From assembly GCA_038237845.1 (NCBI GenBank), contig JBBRYH010000012.1, forward strand, positions 3,807-67,806: 64,000 nt of DNA, written 5' to 3'. The notes under the pieces were generated by a model. That model did no database searches and was not told where the DNA came from. It was given only the letters and a program-made list of their open reading frames with translations. This DNA comes from Bacteroidia bacterium. GTDB lineage: Bacteria > Bacteroidota > Bacteroidia > Palsa-965. This document shows, one piece after another, positions 1 to 10,676 of this stretch (the stretch's first letter is position 1; the number at the start of each line of letters is the position of its first letter). Position numbers and translations under genes: made by a program.

Positions 1-129
1 CAGAACTTTAAATCATTTGGCTTCTTACCAATCTGGAACACATGAAATAGTTCTGGGTTTCGATTTTAATATTTTCCAAAGTCAGGTTCTTTCTCCTCGT
101 TTCTTCTAGTAGTTTGTGTTCGATATTTT

Positions 130-2835
130 ATGAAAAAAATTAGTAAATTTTTCTTAGTGCTTTTGATGTTCGTGATTGCTCTGCCACTTGCTGCGCAGAT
201 CAAAAGAGGCGATAAATATTTCCATGCAGGAGAGTTTGCAAAAGCAATTTCTCCTTACGAGCGAGGACTGAAAACAAAGAATGATCCTCAGGCCATGGAA
301 AATTTGGCGAATTGTTATCGGATTACAAAAAATTATCCTAAAGCAGAGGAATGGTACAGCAAAACTGTTGCAGCAAATCCGAACTGTAATACAGTTGTAT
401 ATTATTACTACGGCATTGCTTTACGTAATAATGGGAAAACAGCAGATGCAAGAAAACAGTTTCAGATTTTTACCTCGAAAAATCCGAATGATAAAAATGC
501 AAAAGCGCAGGTGCAAGCCCTGGATAATATGGAAGTATGGCTAACGCAAACAGCGAATTATGCCGTGAGTAATGTTTCCACAATTAATACGCCAACATCC
601 GATATGGCTCCCGTTTATTTCGATCAGGGTTTATTATTTATTTCTGATCGTGGTGATGTAGATATTCTGAATGGAGAAAATTCAACTGTTACCGCTCGCT
701 CTTATTATTCTATTTATTACACTAAAAAAACTTTCGATAAAGAAGACTCTATCAGCTTTGGAAAAGCTTCCAAACTTTCTCGTACCATTAATAAAGAATA
801 TCATAATGGTCCTGTCTCTGTAACGGAAGATGGGAAACTGATGGCATTTAATCGCGTGGATCATATTTTATTAATGAAGTCGAAAAATTTTATTAATCGC
901 CCTAAAATTTATTTTAGCGAACGAAAAGGAAATTCATGGTCTTCCCCAAAAGCATTTATTTACAACAGCGATGATTACTCCTGCGCACATCCCGCACTTT
1001 CTGCTGATGGACAGACTTTATTTTTCAGCTCAGATATGCCAGGTGGAAGTGGAGGAAAAGATATTTGGGTTTGTAAAAAAGAAGGAGATAGTTGGGGAAA
1101 ACCGGAAAATTTAGGAAGTGATGTAAACTCTGTCGGTGATGAAGTATTTCCGTTTATTCGCAAAGATGGTACATTGTTTTTCTCTTCAGATGGACAAGCA
1201 GGTTTAGGTGGACTTGATATTTTTTCTGCCACAAAAGAAAATGGGAAATGGGGAAATGTTGCAAATGAAGGATCACCACTGAATGGAGCAACGGATGATT
1301 TTGGAATTACTTTTAATGCAAATGGTAGTCGTGGATTTTTTACCTCGAATCGTTCAGGTGGAAAAGGGGATGATGATGTTTACAGTTTCATCGTAACAAG
1401 TAAGTTTGTTCGTATCAGTGGAAAATTATTAGCAAGTAAAAATGCTATTGATATACTACCGAATACCAAGGTTGAATTAATGAATAGTGCAGGTAAAGTG
1501 ATTAAGACAACCATTTCAGATAGTAAAGGAAATTTCAAATTCGAAAATCTCCAGGCTGATCAATCTTACATTGTGAGAATGGATGAAAATGATCCTGGAA
1601 TTGCTGCAAAGAAAAAATATTACATGGCCGATGATCAGAATAATTTAGTTCGTGTAACTAAGAATGACGAGAAAGGCGGAAAATTTACTTTTCAAAATCT
1701 TCCCATTGATCCTTCTCAACCGCCTCAATTAATTTCGGATGATGAATATTTAACCATTTCCGGAAATCTTATTTCTGATGGAACGCCACCAACACCTTTA
1801 GCGAATTCAAAAGTAAATCTTACAGACGAGCGAGGAAATTTAGTACAAACAACTACTACAAATGAATTCGGTGCTTTTACATTTTCGCACATTCCTCCAG
1901 ATGTAACCTATCTCGTTGCCTTGGCTGATGGAGAAGATCCAAAGCTAGATATGTCATCGAAGATTGTCATTACCAATAAAAGCGGTAAGGAGTTGATGTC
2001 GACCAAACCAGATGCGAACGGAAAATTTGTATTCCGTATTTTGAAAGACGACAAAGTTACTCTGGAAGCAATGGAAGTAACTGATGCAGATCTTAGATTA
2101 GATATGAAAGGATCGCTTGTAGGTGCTGATACCGCAAAAACTCCTTTAGCAAATGCTAACATTAGTATTTTGGATAAAAATGGAAACGTTATTCAAACTG
2201 TACAAACCGATTCGCATGGTGGATTTGATTTTAGAAATCTTCCTGCCGACCAGGCTTTTGTTGTTAGCGTATCAGATATTTCTGATCCTGGAATTTTAAA
2301 GTCAGGAAAAATATTTATCAGAGATGAGTTCGGTAAAATTGTAAAAGTGCTTCGTTTATCTGCGGGAGGAAAATTCGAATTTAGAATTCTTCCACAGGAT
2401 CGAGTGATTTTAGGAACTGTTTATGTCGACGATCCATGGTTGCAGGTTTTACAGATGAAAGCAAAAGCATCGAAAGACAGTGTAACCATTATCGAAAATA
2501 TTTATTACGATTATGGTGATTATCATATTCTTCCTAGTGCAGAAAATACATTAGAGAAAGTTGCAAAAGTTATGACACTTGATGCGAGCATTACAATTGA
2601 AATTTCCGCACATACCGATTCACGTGGTAGTGCTGCTGATAATTTGAAACTTTCTCAAAAACGTGCGCAAGCCGCTGTAGATTATTTGGTGAAGCGCGGT
2701 ATAGATAAAAAACGTTTGACTGCAGTTGGCTTTGGTGAAACGAAGTTGCTGAATAAATGTGCTGACGGAGTAGAATGCACAGAAGACGAACATGCAAAGA
2801 ATCGCCGTGTAGAGTTTAGGATTAATAAGAAGTAG
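130..2835 (+). CDS. Outer-membrane protein with N-terminal TPR repeats, a TolB-like (PD40) beta-propeller region, several carboxypeptidase-regulatory-like repeats and a C-terminal OmpA peptidoglycan-binding domain
   Basis: ATG start followed by a signal peptide (MKKISKFFLVLLMFVIALPLAAQ). The C-terminus matches the OmpA_C motif (HTDSRGSAADNLKLSQKRAQAAVDYLVKRGI...NRRVEFRI). It is followed by a hairpin terminator. Confidence 0.85.
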   Translation: MKKISKFFLVLLMFVIALPLAAQIKRGDKYFHAGEFAKAISPYERGLKTKNDPQAMENLANCYRITKNYPKAEEWYSKTVAANPNCNTVVYYYYGIALRNNGKTADARKQFQIFTSKNPNDKNAKAQVQALDNMEVWLTQTANYAVSNVSTINTPTSDMAPVYFDQGLLFISDRGDVDILNGENSTVTARSYYSIYYTKKTFDKEDSISFGKASKLSRTINKEYHNGPVSVTEDGKLMAFNRVDHILLMKSKNFINRPKIYFSERKGNSWSSPKAFIYNSDDYSCAHPALSADGQTLFFSSDMPGGSGGKDIWVCKKEGDSWGKPENLGSDVNSVGDEVFPFIRKDGTLFFSSDGQAGLGGLDIFSATKENGKWGNVANEGSPLNGATDDFGITFNANGSRGFFTSNRSGGKGDDDVYSFIVTSKFVRISGKLLASKNAIDILPNTKVELMNSAGKVIKTTISDSKGNFKFENLQADQSYIVRMDENDPGIAAKKKYYMADDQNNLVRVTKNDEKGGKFTFQNLPIDPSQPPQLISDDEYLTISGNLISDGTPPTPLANSKVNLTDERGNLVQTTTTNEFGAFTFSHIPPDVTYLVALADGEDPKLDMSSKIVITNKSGKELMSTKPDANGKFVFRILKDDKVTLEAMEVTDADLRLDMKGSLVGADTAKTPLANANISILDKNGNVIQTVQTDSHGGFDFRNLPADQAFVVSVSDISDPGILKSGKIFIRDEFGKIVKVLRLSAGGKFEFRILPQDRVILGTVYVDDPWLQVLQMKAKASKDSVTIIENIYYDYGDYHILPSAENTLEKVAKVMTLDASITIEISAHTDSRGSAADNLKLSQKRAQAAVDYLVKRGIDKKRLTAVGFGETKLLNKCADGVECTEDEHAKNRRVEFRINKK

Positions 2836-2857
2836 AGGTAAATAATTTCCAATAGAG

Positions 2858-2892
2858 CAGGGGATTAGGTAAAACTTTTCCCCTGTTTTTTT
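2858..2892 (+). terminator. Rho-independent terminator after the OmpA-family gene
   Basis: Stem caggggA/Tcccctg (7 bp) followed by a T7 run. Confidence 0.6.
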
Positions 2893-3025
2893 GCACTTTA
2901 GGTTTATAGAATGGAAAAAACTCGAGATGCTAGTGGCTACATTCTTACTTTAAATAAATTAAGTAATTCTGATGACTGCGGACCCTCTACTTTTCTCGGG
3001 TTTATAATTTGTTTGCCTAATGCAA

Positions 3026-5329
3026 TTAAAGTTTTATCACCTTAATAATTTCGGTGTCGTTATTTTCCAAACGGAAATAATAAATTCCTTGCGCAATAGT
3101 TGTCAAATCAATTGAAGAATTTTCGTCCAGAAGATTTCCCTGTAGAACTATTTTGCCACAATTGTCTGTCAGTATAAAAGATGAACCGATACTTTCATGA
3201 GGTATATTAATATTGATGAAATCAATTACAGGATTAGGTTGCAACGTTATCATTGAGATACCAAATAATTCTTGTTGATCATTACAAATATCTACGTGCA
3301 CAAATACTGAATCTGATCCGCTACAACCTGCTGTGTCAGTAACAGAATAATTCAACCAGTGATAACCAATTCCTGCAGTCATCGGATTAAATTGATTTCC
3401 CGTAACACCAAGACCTGACCAAGTTCCTCCACTTGGATTTCCTTGTGGTAAAATATAGTTTCCTGAATTAAAACAAATGATAGAGTCGGATAAGGTAACA
3501 GAAACTCCAAGTCCATATATTACATGTATGGTGTCAATAACACTGCAATTGCCAAGCGGATTAGAAACGGTTAAATAGTAGGTGCCAGAAGAATCAACAA
3601 AAAGAAAAGAAGTTGTTGCACCCGTATTCCATAAGAAATCCAATCCTGGAGCGTTATGACTAAGAAATAATTGTCCGGTACAAAAGGCAGTATCATTTCC
3701 TAAATTCAAATTGAGGTTAGCATTATATACTTGAGTGTATACAGAGCTATCACATCCATTTAATCTTTGATATACATCGACATAAGAACCAGGAAGCGTT
3801 TGCCAAGCGCCTTGTACGAAAACACTATCACCGGGGCATATGGCCGCATCTAAATATGTTTGGACTGGCATACATAGTTTGGTGATATATCCGGAATAGT
3901 AATCGCTAGGTAGTGTGAAAAAAGTATTTCCTATTGGATCAAGATCCATAAAATTACTTACGTTTCCCATCCAGTAAATTGCACCGTTACTAGTAGTAAT
4001 ACTATTGTCATAAGTTCCATTAAGAAACTGACCACCTTGATTACCGGTCCATTGAAATGCGCCATTATTATTTAGTCGTATTACCCATGGAACAGGATTA
4101 GTTCCAAAACTATTCATTGAAACACTATTTGGATTTGGGTCTAAATCTGCAATTCCTTGCGACATTCCATTTATCCAAAAATCGCCATTTGAATTTGAGC
4201 AAATGCTTCTTATATCATCCACCTGAGGTCCGCCAATTCTTCCACCCCAAGCTAAGTTGCCAATTGTGGAGGCTAATCCTACTATGAAGTTATCATAGTT
4301 TCCAGCTGCTACTACGTTGTTTACACTTGCACTTGGATCAATATCCAACGAATTATTGAATTGCCCGGCCACACTTACAATTCCATTTGCAAAAGCAATG
4401 TCTTTTACGACACAAGTATAACTGGCTGTAGCATCAATGAAATTTGAAGCCCATCTGAAATTGCCAGAAGAGTCCAGACTCAAAACGATGCCAGTTAAAT
4501 TTGCGAAAGAAGATCCTAAGGGATAAGTTCCAACACCTGGATCAAAATCAACAGTACCGAAATACGAACCGCCTAAATAAATATTGCCATTACTATCAGT
4601 ATCAATAGCGGTTAAAATATCTTAACTATTCCAAGTAATTACTTTTACGAAACTCCCATTTGGATTTAATTCAAGTAGAAATGAACCAGATGTATTTCCA
4701 CCTGCAACAGTTAATTGCACACCTGGACCTGGGTCAAAATCTATACTATCATTAAAATCGCCACAGAAAAATAAATGACCATTTACGGATTGCATGATAT
4801 CAAAAAGGCGACAGGAATTATATGCCGTTCCAAATTGGGCCGACCATAAATAATTACCGGAAGGATTGAGTGAAACAATAAAAGCAGAATTTGTAAATGG
4901 AAATCCAGACAACGTATGAATTCCTACACCTGGGTCAGCATCAAAAGTGTTACTATGATAGCCCGCAACAATTGTATTACCCGCAGCATCAGGAAATACT
5001 TTATTGGGAGAAACGTTGGTACTGTCGCCATTGCCGATTAACAATTTTGCCCAAATTAATTGTAGGGAGGAATTATATCGAGCGACATAACATGGTAGAC
5101 CTGAATTAGCATTTAAATTTGTGGTACCCGCGCCAGGATCGAAATCGCAGATGCCAGAGAACCGACCAGAAGCATGTAGAATTCCGTTTCGATCAGCTGT
5201 GCAATTGGTGATATAATGCGCAGTACCACCCGATCGATCAAGCATAATTGCCCCATCGAATAAGGGAGTTTGCGCCACTACAACGGAGGTTAAGAGGCAG
5301 ATGCATACAACTATGTAAATTCTATTCAC
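3026..5329 (-). pseudogene. T9SS-sorted SBBP beta-propeller-repeat surface protein, interrupted by one in-frame TAA. Track ORFs 4622..5329 and 3026..4483 are the same reading frame.
   Basis: The coordinates 4624 and 4483 are congruent mod 3. Codons 4484-4621 translate without a stop (DILTAIDTDSNGNIYLGGSYFGTVDFDPGVGTYPLGSSFANLTGIV). The only break is TAA at 4622-4624. The N-terminal part has a signal peptide and DFDPG(P/V)G SBBP-like repeats. The C-terminal part ends in a T9SS type-A sorting domain (LQPNPV...IKVIKL). The start appears to be GTG at 5329. Confidence 0.7.
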
Positions 5330-5547
5330 AGGGGTTAGTTTAGAATATTGAATTAATTATTTTTTTTTAAATTTTGCATCCATCAAGAGACTATCTCCCA
5401 TTCATAGATTAAAAATCTTTCGTGCTTTGTGAGACAAAAGTCGTACCAAAATGTTAGTTTTTAAATTCATATTATTTCAATTACGCAAAAAATGCTTGTT
5501 TATTCCGTAACACTAATGAGCGCATTCAAACTCCATTAGTCTAAACG

Positions 5548-5590
5548 AAGAAACCTTTCTCTAATTGGGAAAGGTTTCTTGTTTTTACTT
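5548..5590 (-). terminator. Hairpin downstream of the M4 protease gene
   Basis: Inverted repeat agaaaccttt / aaaggtttct, 20 bp after the stop at 5600, flanked by T-rich sequence on both strands. Confidence 0.4.
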
Positions 5591-5599
5591 TTTAGAATT

Positions 5600-8500
5600 C
5601 TAATCTGTAATCACAATCTTCTTCGTTGAAACAATTGTTCCATCATGATACAGATTCACAAAATAAACTCCGGAGCTTAATCCATTTCTGTAAATGGTCA
5701 CCTTGGAAGTTTGTGGTTTTATTTCTGAAACAATTCTTCCTGATAAATCTACAATACCTATGGTCACCGCTGATGGATTTACATTATTTCCAAGCACCAA
5801 AGTTGTTGACTCAGAAAATGGAATGGGAAACACATCAAATGAAGTTGTATTATATTCCTCAACCCCACTTGGAAGAATGTCAATCACATGAGTAATAGTA
5901 TCACTCGAAACGCAATTTGTAGCAATCAACGTAACTGTGTAAGTACCAATAGCTGCATATGCGTGTGAAGGATTCTGTGTAGAAGCAGTAGTTAGATCAC
6001 CGAAATCCCAGAACCAAGCCGTAGGGCTATTTGTTGATGCATCTGTGAATTGAACAGGTGCCAACATTACCGGTGAGGCAGGTGAGTAACTGAACATACT
6101 TGTTGGTGCATTTCCAATTGCAGTTCCTGACCAGGTTGCTGCCCATCCACTATAGGTAACGGAGAAGTCAGAACTGAAAGTGATATACATTGCGCCACTG
6201 TTTGCTGTTAGTGTTGGAGGCAATGTGTTTCCTGTAAACGATCCAAGAAATGGGCCTGAAGCATTTGTTCCATCATAAACTGCGAGGAAATCGTAACTGT
6301 TTTCAATATTGAACGAAGTGAAAGTCAATGTAAGACTTGCTGCACAATTTGGGTTAATCAGAAAATTACAATTTTCATTATCTAAATAATCTCCAGTTGG
6401 ACCACCAGAATCATACAAAGTCCCATTCAAAGAATTCATCGTTGTCTGCTGACAGATATTCGCAGTATTCACAACAATTATATATTGAACGATTGTCAAA
6501 CTATCTGTTCCGAATGCATTAACAGCTTTTAATTTTACTGGATACATACCAGCAGTATTGTATTGGATATTCTGTGGATTCTGGATAATTGATGATGTTG
6601 GTAATCCACCTGTGAATGTCCATGTCCAACCGGTTGGTGCATGTAACGTAAGATCCTGGAAGTTTACAGTTCCTCCAACAGGAACAGTAGTAATGTTTGA
6701 AGTGAAATTTACGTTTGGAGGTAAACTGTTCGGAACAAAATACACCATATAATCTTCCACTTGCCCTTTAATAGGAGAATAACATCCGTTCGTAATAATG
6801 TTTGCATTTGCATCTGAAATGACACGGATGCGTAAACGTGTATTTAAAGTCGCAGCAGCAGATGTATTGATAAATCCGCTATGTAAACCATTTACACTTC
6901 CAAGGTCATTATAAACAAGTTCGTTGGTATTATTAAATACGCCATCATTGTTATAATCAATAAATATAGAAATGCGTTCATCATTTCCTGCGCTTACATT
7001 TGGATTAGTATTTACACTGAATGCGTATGGATTTCCAGCAACCATTAAAGTAGAATCGGCGCATGTGAAATCACTATAGTTGTCGATTGCATCATTGGAA
7101 GTCCAATTGATAGTATTGAATTGAACATGTGTTATTCCATAGTTACAACAATAATTTTGTGTAGCAGGAGTGCAAGAAGCTGCAACGGGACCTGGCACAT
7201 TGTTGACAGTTACTGCAGCATTAATTGTTAGTGTATCAGCACCAATACAATTTCCTGTTCCATTCGCAATGAGAGTAACATTATAAGTTCCAGGAGAAGT
7301 GTAAGTATGTGTTGGCGATTGTACAGTTGAGGTAGTTGCATCACCGAAATTCCATTGCCATGACGTGCCGTTCCATCCTGTGTTGATAAATGAAATGTTT
7401 GCAGGAGCCGAACACGCAATTGAAGGGACAACCATAAAATTAGCTGTGACAATTCCACTGAATGGAGAACCAACACCAACTGCGTACCATGAATTAGCAG
7501 TCTGAATTTGTTGAACAGAACATTGTCCGAATAAATCTACTGCAGATTGTTCAGCAAAAGTTGCCGCATCTGCAAACGTAGAATTTGGTGTAAGGTAAAC
7601 GGTGAGATTGCGATACATAATAGAAATAGCATCTGTAAAACCGATTCCGGTAACGGCAAAATTATTTCCGATGTCATTAATTCCTGAACCGCCATTTACT
7701 AATAAATAATATTCGTAATTCTGAATACCACTATCGTAATGCACAATATCTCCATTATTAAACCAAAGTCCTGCGTAACAATCTGCACATTGATATAAAT
7801 TCGGATTAGAAAAACTTCTGAAAGGAGTGCCATTCATTGAAGGAATACAAATCTGATCACCAACTAACCAAGTTGCAACGGATGGATTTTCAATGAAACG
7901 AATTGTATTTCCAAATACATCAGAAAAGGATTCATTCAAAGCTCCTGATTCGCCTGAATAAACTAAGCCAGCAGAAAATTGGGTAACGCCATGGGTCAAT
8001 TCATGGCCTACAATTTCTAAAGAAGTTAACGGAAAATAATCAACTGCATCTCCATCTCCAAAAGCTGCATAGGTACCATTCCAGAATGCATTCACGTATA
8101 AACCATCATGCGCTTGAATGTCAATTAAAAGATTTGCATTGTCGATTGAATTTCTATTGAAAGAATTTTTATAAAAATCGTAAGTCATTTCTGCTCCCCA
8201 ATGTGCATCAGTTGCAAAGTTGTCGTAATTCGCAGTGGAGGTCCAGTTATTATCTCCATCCGTAATATCCACCGGACCCGGAGCATGCGTTTTTATTCCA
8301 CCACCACGTCCTGATTCTTGTAATCGGAAATTTGTTGGACTTAAACTATCTGTAACAATATTTTGTGTTCCATTATGAAAACAAGTTGCAACACCATTTG
8401 CATCGGTGTCTGTCATTCTGTTTTTCTCGCCGCAAACTTTTCCTGAATGAATATCTATAAAGTAGAAAAAACGTTTTTGAGGGATCAATGCCCAGGCATC

Positions 8501-9043
8501 TGCTTTCCATGTATTGTGATAAATTCCTGATGCATCTTTGAAAATTACATTTACGGTTGCAGTCAAAGGATAGTTTTTCATCAAGGCAGTTGCGTTCAAT
8601 GCAACAATTGCGGTTTGTTCTGCTTGAGTGGAAGAAATACCTGAACTTGCATTGATATTTTCCAAAGTGTAAAACTCACCATTCGCAGAAATGATTTTTC
8701 CGCCGAGTGTGTGCACATAATAAACAGCGTCTTCGACAATAATATTATGGTAGGTCTGATTAAAACGATAGTGAATCCAACCTAATTGATCAGTTTCAGA
8801 TCTTATTAATTCAAAACCTGTTTCGGAATTTGATTTGAGTAATAATTTAAGATATTGAGTTAGATCATTCGCTGGAGGCTGTTTGTCGAAACGATAACGC
8901 ACAAAGGAAATGGTTCCGCGTGTATCATTGATGACCAGATTATCTGCTCCTGGTACTTGAAGCGCTGCAGCTTCACCTTTATAAGTTTTTGCATTTAAGA
9001 AAGTAGCCAGCAAAAGTGCAGTTGCAAAGAATATTTTTTTCAT
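5600..9043 (-). CDS. Secreted M4 (thermolysin-family) zinc metalloprotease with an FTP/PepSY propeptide, PKD domains, a CUB-like domain, a GEVED domain and a T9SS C-terminal sorting domain
   Basis: HEXXH motif with a downstream Glu (VGHELTHGVTQFSAGLVYSGESGALNESFSDVFG). Signal peptide present. PKD-like GTYNVTLIA repeats. GQVEDY motif. C-terminal T9SS CTD (VYFVNLYHDGTIVSTKKIVITD). Confidence 0.85.
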   Translation of the reverse strand: MKKIFFATALLLATFLNAKTYKGEAAALQVPGADNLVINDTRGTISFVRYRFDKQPPANDLTQYLKLLLKSNSETGFELIRSETDQLGWIHYRFNQTYHNIIVEDAVYYVHTLGGKIISANGEFYTLENINASSGISSTQAEQTAIVALNATALMKNYPLTATVNVIFKDASGIYHNTWKADAWALIPQKRFFYFIDIHSGKVCGEKNRMTDTDANGVATCFHNGTQNIVTDSLSPTNFRLQESGRGGGIKTHAPGPVDITDGDNNWTSTANYDNFATDAHWGAEMTYDFYKNSFNRNSIDNANLLIDIQAHDGLYVNAFWNGTYAAFGDGDAVDYFPLTSLEIVGHELTHGVTQFSAGLVYSGESGALNESFSDVFGNTIRFIENPSVATWLVGDQICIPSMNGTPFRSFSNPNLYQCADCYAGLWFNNGDIVHYDSGIQNYEYYLLVNGGSGINDIGNNFAVTGIGFTDAISIMYRNLTVYLTPNSTFADAATFAEQSAVDLFGQCSVQQIQTANSWYAVGVGSPFSGIVTANFMVVPSIACSAPANISFINTGWNGTSWQWNFGDATTSTVQSPTHTYTSPGTYNVTLIANGTGNCIGADTLTINAAVTVNNVPGPVAASCTPATQNYCCNYGITHVQFNTINWTSNDAIDNYSDFTCADSTLMVAGNPYAFSVNTNPNVSAGNDERISIFIDYNNDGVFNNTNELVYNDLGSVNGLHSGFINTSAAATLNTRLRIRVISDANANIITNGCYSPIKGQVEDYMVYFVPNSLPPNVNFTSNITTVPVGGTVNFQDLTLHAPTGWTWTFTGGLPTSSIIQNPQNIQYNTAGMYPVKLKAVNAFGTDSLTIVQYIIVVNTANICQQTTMNSLNGTLYDSGGPTGDYLDNENCNFLINPNCAASLTLTFTSFNIENSYDFLAVYDGTNASGPFLGSFTGNTLPPTLTANSGAMYITFSSDFSVTYSGWAATWSGTAIGNAPTSMFSYSPASPVMLAPVQFTDASTNSPTAWFWDFGDLTTASTQNPSHAYAAIGTYTVTLIATNCVSSDTITHVIDILPSGVEEYNTTSFDVFPIPFSESTTLVLGNNVNPSAVTIGIVDLSGRIVSEIKPQTSKVTIYRNGLSSGVYFVNLYHDGTIVSTKKIVITD

Positions 9044-9244
9044 AATAGGTTTTTAGATCTTATAAATATAGTTTAAATCATTCTCTAAGACAAGCTAAAA
9101 TGAGCGCATTCTTACGTGTTTAACGATGATTTTACACGGAAATTAGGGTTTGAAATGCGAACAGTTTTTTTGCCAATTAATCTTTAGTTTTTTTTTCAGA
9201 TTAATTCTGTAAAAAGAGTGAAATCTCTGGCTAACTTTAGGGCA

Positions 9245-9940
9245 ATGAAACTTAGACATCTCTTGTCGATCACTTTATTCTTTCTGGTGGTCACTTCTTT
9301 TCGTTATTCGGGTTCAACATATAGTTGTCAACTTGCTTTATTGAAATATAACGGAGGTGGAGATTGGTATGCAAACTTGGAAACTTCTCTCCCGAATCTC
9401 GCGAAATTCTGCAATGAAAATTTACATTCCAATATTAATCCGGAGCAGGCCGTTGTTGAAGTAGGTAGTGCGGATATTTTCAATTATCCTTTCGTTCATA
9501 TGACTGGACATGGAAATGTTGTTTTTACTACACAGGAAGCAGAGAACCTTCGCAACTATATGATAGGTGGTGGATTTTTTCACATCTCTGATAATTATGG
9601 ACTCGATAAATTTATTCGTCCACAAATGAAGAAAGTTTTTCCTGAATTGGATTTTGTAGAAATTCCATTTTCTCATCCGATCTATCACCAGTTATATGAT
9701 TTTCCGAATGGACTTCCAAAGATTCATGAACACGATGGAAAGTCACCGCAAGGATTTGGTTTATTATGGGAGGGGAAATTGGTTTGTTTTTACGATTTTG
9801 AATGTGACTTAGGCGACGGATGGGAAAGCCCTGAAGTGCATCACGATTCCCAAGATACTAGAATGAAAGCGTTAAAGATGGGGTCAAACCTTGTTGATTA
9901 TGCATTACTTGGTGGTGAGTCCAAACATTTGGAGAAGTAG
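9245..9940 (+). CDS. DUF4159-family secreted protein
   Basis: The track ORF begins at GTG 9218. The probable ATG is at 9245 (MKLRHLLSITLFFLVVTSF). Family assignment is from recalled similarity and is uncertain. Confidence 0.55.
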   Translation: MKLRHLLSITLFFLVVTSFRYSGSTYSCQLALLKYNGGGDWYANLETSLPNLAKFCNENLHSNINPEQAVVEVGSADIFNYPFVHMTGHGNVVFTTQEAENLRNYMIGGGFFHISDNYGLDKFIRPQMKKVFPELDFVEIPFSHPIYHQLYDFPNGLPKIHEHDGKSPQGFGLLWEGKLVCFYDFECDLGDGWESPEVHHDSQDTRMKALKMGSNLVDYALLGGESKHLEK

Positions 9941-9960
9941 GCACTTGTTTTAGACCTTAT

Positions 9961-9998
9961 AAAAAAGGATTCCTGCTATAGCGAGAATCCTTTTTTTT
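9961..9998. terminator. Bidirectional rho-independent terminator
   Basis: A6 run, then stem ggattc/gaatcc, then a T8 run. Confidence 0.6.
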
Positions 9999-10026
9999 AT
10001 TTTAATTTCTGAAACAGACAATCTTT

Positions 10027-10344
10027 CTAATCTTCCGGGCACAAATAAACATAATCCTTTGCGGGATCAAAGCCAGGCTCGTGTTCTAATAATGCTTCTG
10101 CTAATTGACGCAATGCATAATTCCTTACAGGCCGACCCTCATTTAATTCTTCCAGTCGAATAATAAACTGAAATGGAATTCCTGTCCACACTTGAGCGAG
10201 TGGTTCAGAGATATCCGTGAATTTAAATTGTACCCACTTATCGAATTCCGCATTAGGGAATCCATGGCTGCCATTGAGCAATCGCTCCGCATTCACAGGA
10301 ATAATCCGAAAGCCGGTATTCATTTCCAAAACATGTTGCGCCAT
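10027..10344 (-). CDS. Small cytoplasmic hypothetical protein (about 105 aa)
   Basis: The track start at 10377 is TTG. An internal ATG lies at 10344 (MAQHVLEMNTGF...). No family recognised. Confidence 0.45.
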   Translation of the reverse strand: MAQHVLEMNTGFRIIPVNAERLLNGSHGFPNAEFDKWVQFKFTDISEPLAQVWTGIPFQFIIRLEELNEGRPVRNYALRQLAEALLEHEPGFDPAKDYVYLCPED

Positions 10345-10621
10345 ATGTGGGTATAGATTTTTTTTCGTTGCGATCAAAAATAGAGTGCAAGGCTAATCAG
10401 TATCGAAACCCTTTTCGAAGTTTTCTACATTGACCTGTTAGCGGACTTTTCAAAAATGACCTCTAGGCTGTTGATAAGTGATGTTTTGAAGTAGATTATT
10501 GCCTTGAAAGCCTTGCAATTGCTGGATTGTAGTGTTGGTATCTAACCTTCACTTTTTGTTAATATCCCTATTCATTTTAATTGATAATGAATTTTAGTTT
10601 TCAACAAATAAAATTGGGCGC

Positions 10622-10660
10622 AAAAAAAAACGTCTCTGATTTCTCAGAAACGTTTTTTTT
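10622..10660 (-). terminator. Rho-independent terminator downstream of the 10677..11144 gene
   Basis: A9 run, then imperfect stem acgtctctga/tcagaaacgt (9 of 10 bp), then a T8 run. Confidence 0.55.
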
Positions 10661-10676
10661 AAAATAAGAAATAATA

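Noticed and set aside
4484-4621. The possibility that 3026..4483 and 4622..5329 are two separate genes
   Set aside because: They share a frame, and the intervening 138 nt encode continuous SBBP-repeat sequence. The second ORF's start is a TTG artefact of the ORF caller.
5360-5369. T10 homopolymer upstream of the SBBP gene as a proven phase-variation switch
   Set aside because: It is only a single tract in an AT-rich genome and no flanking promoter elements could be identified. I mention it only as context for the interrupted gene.
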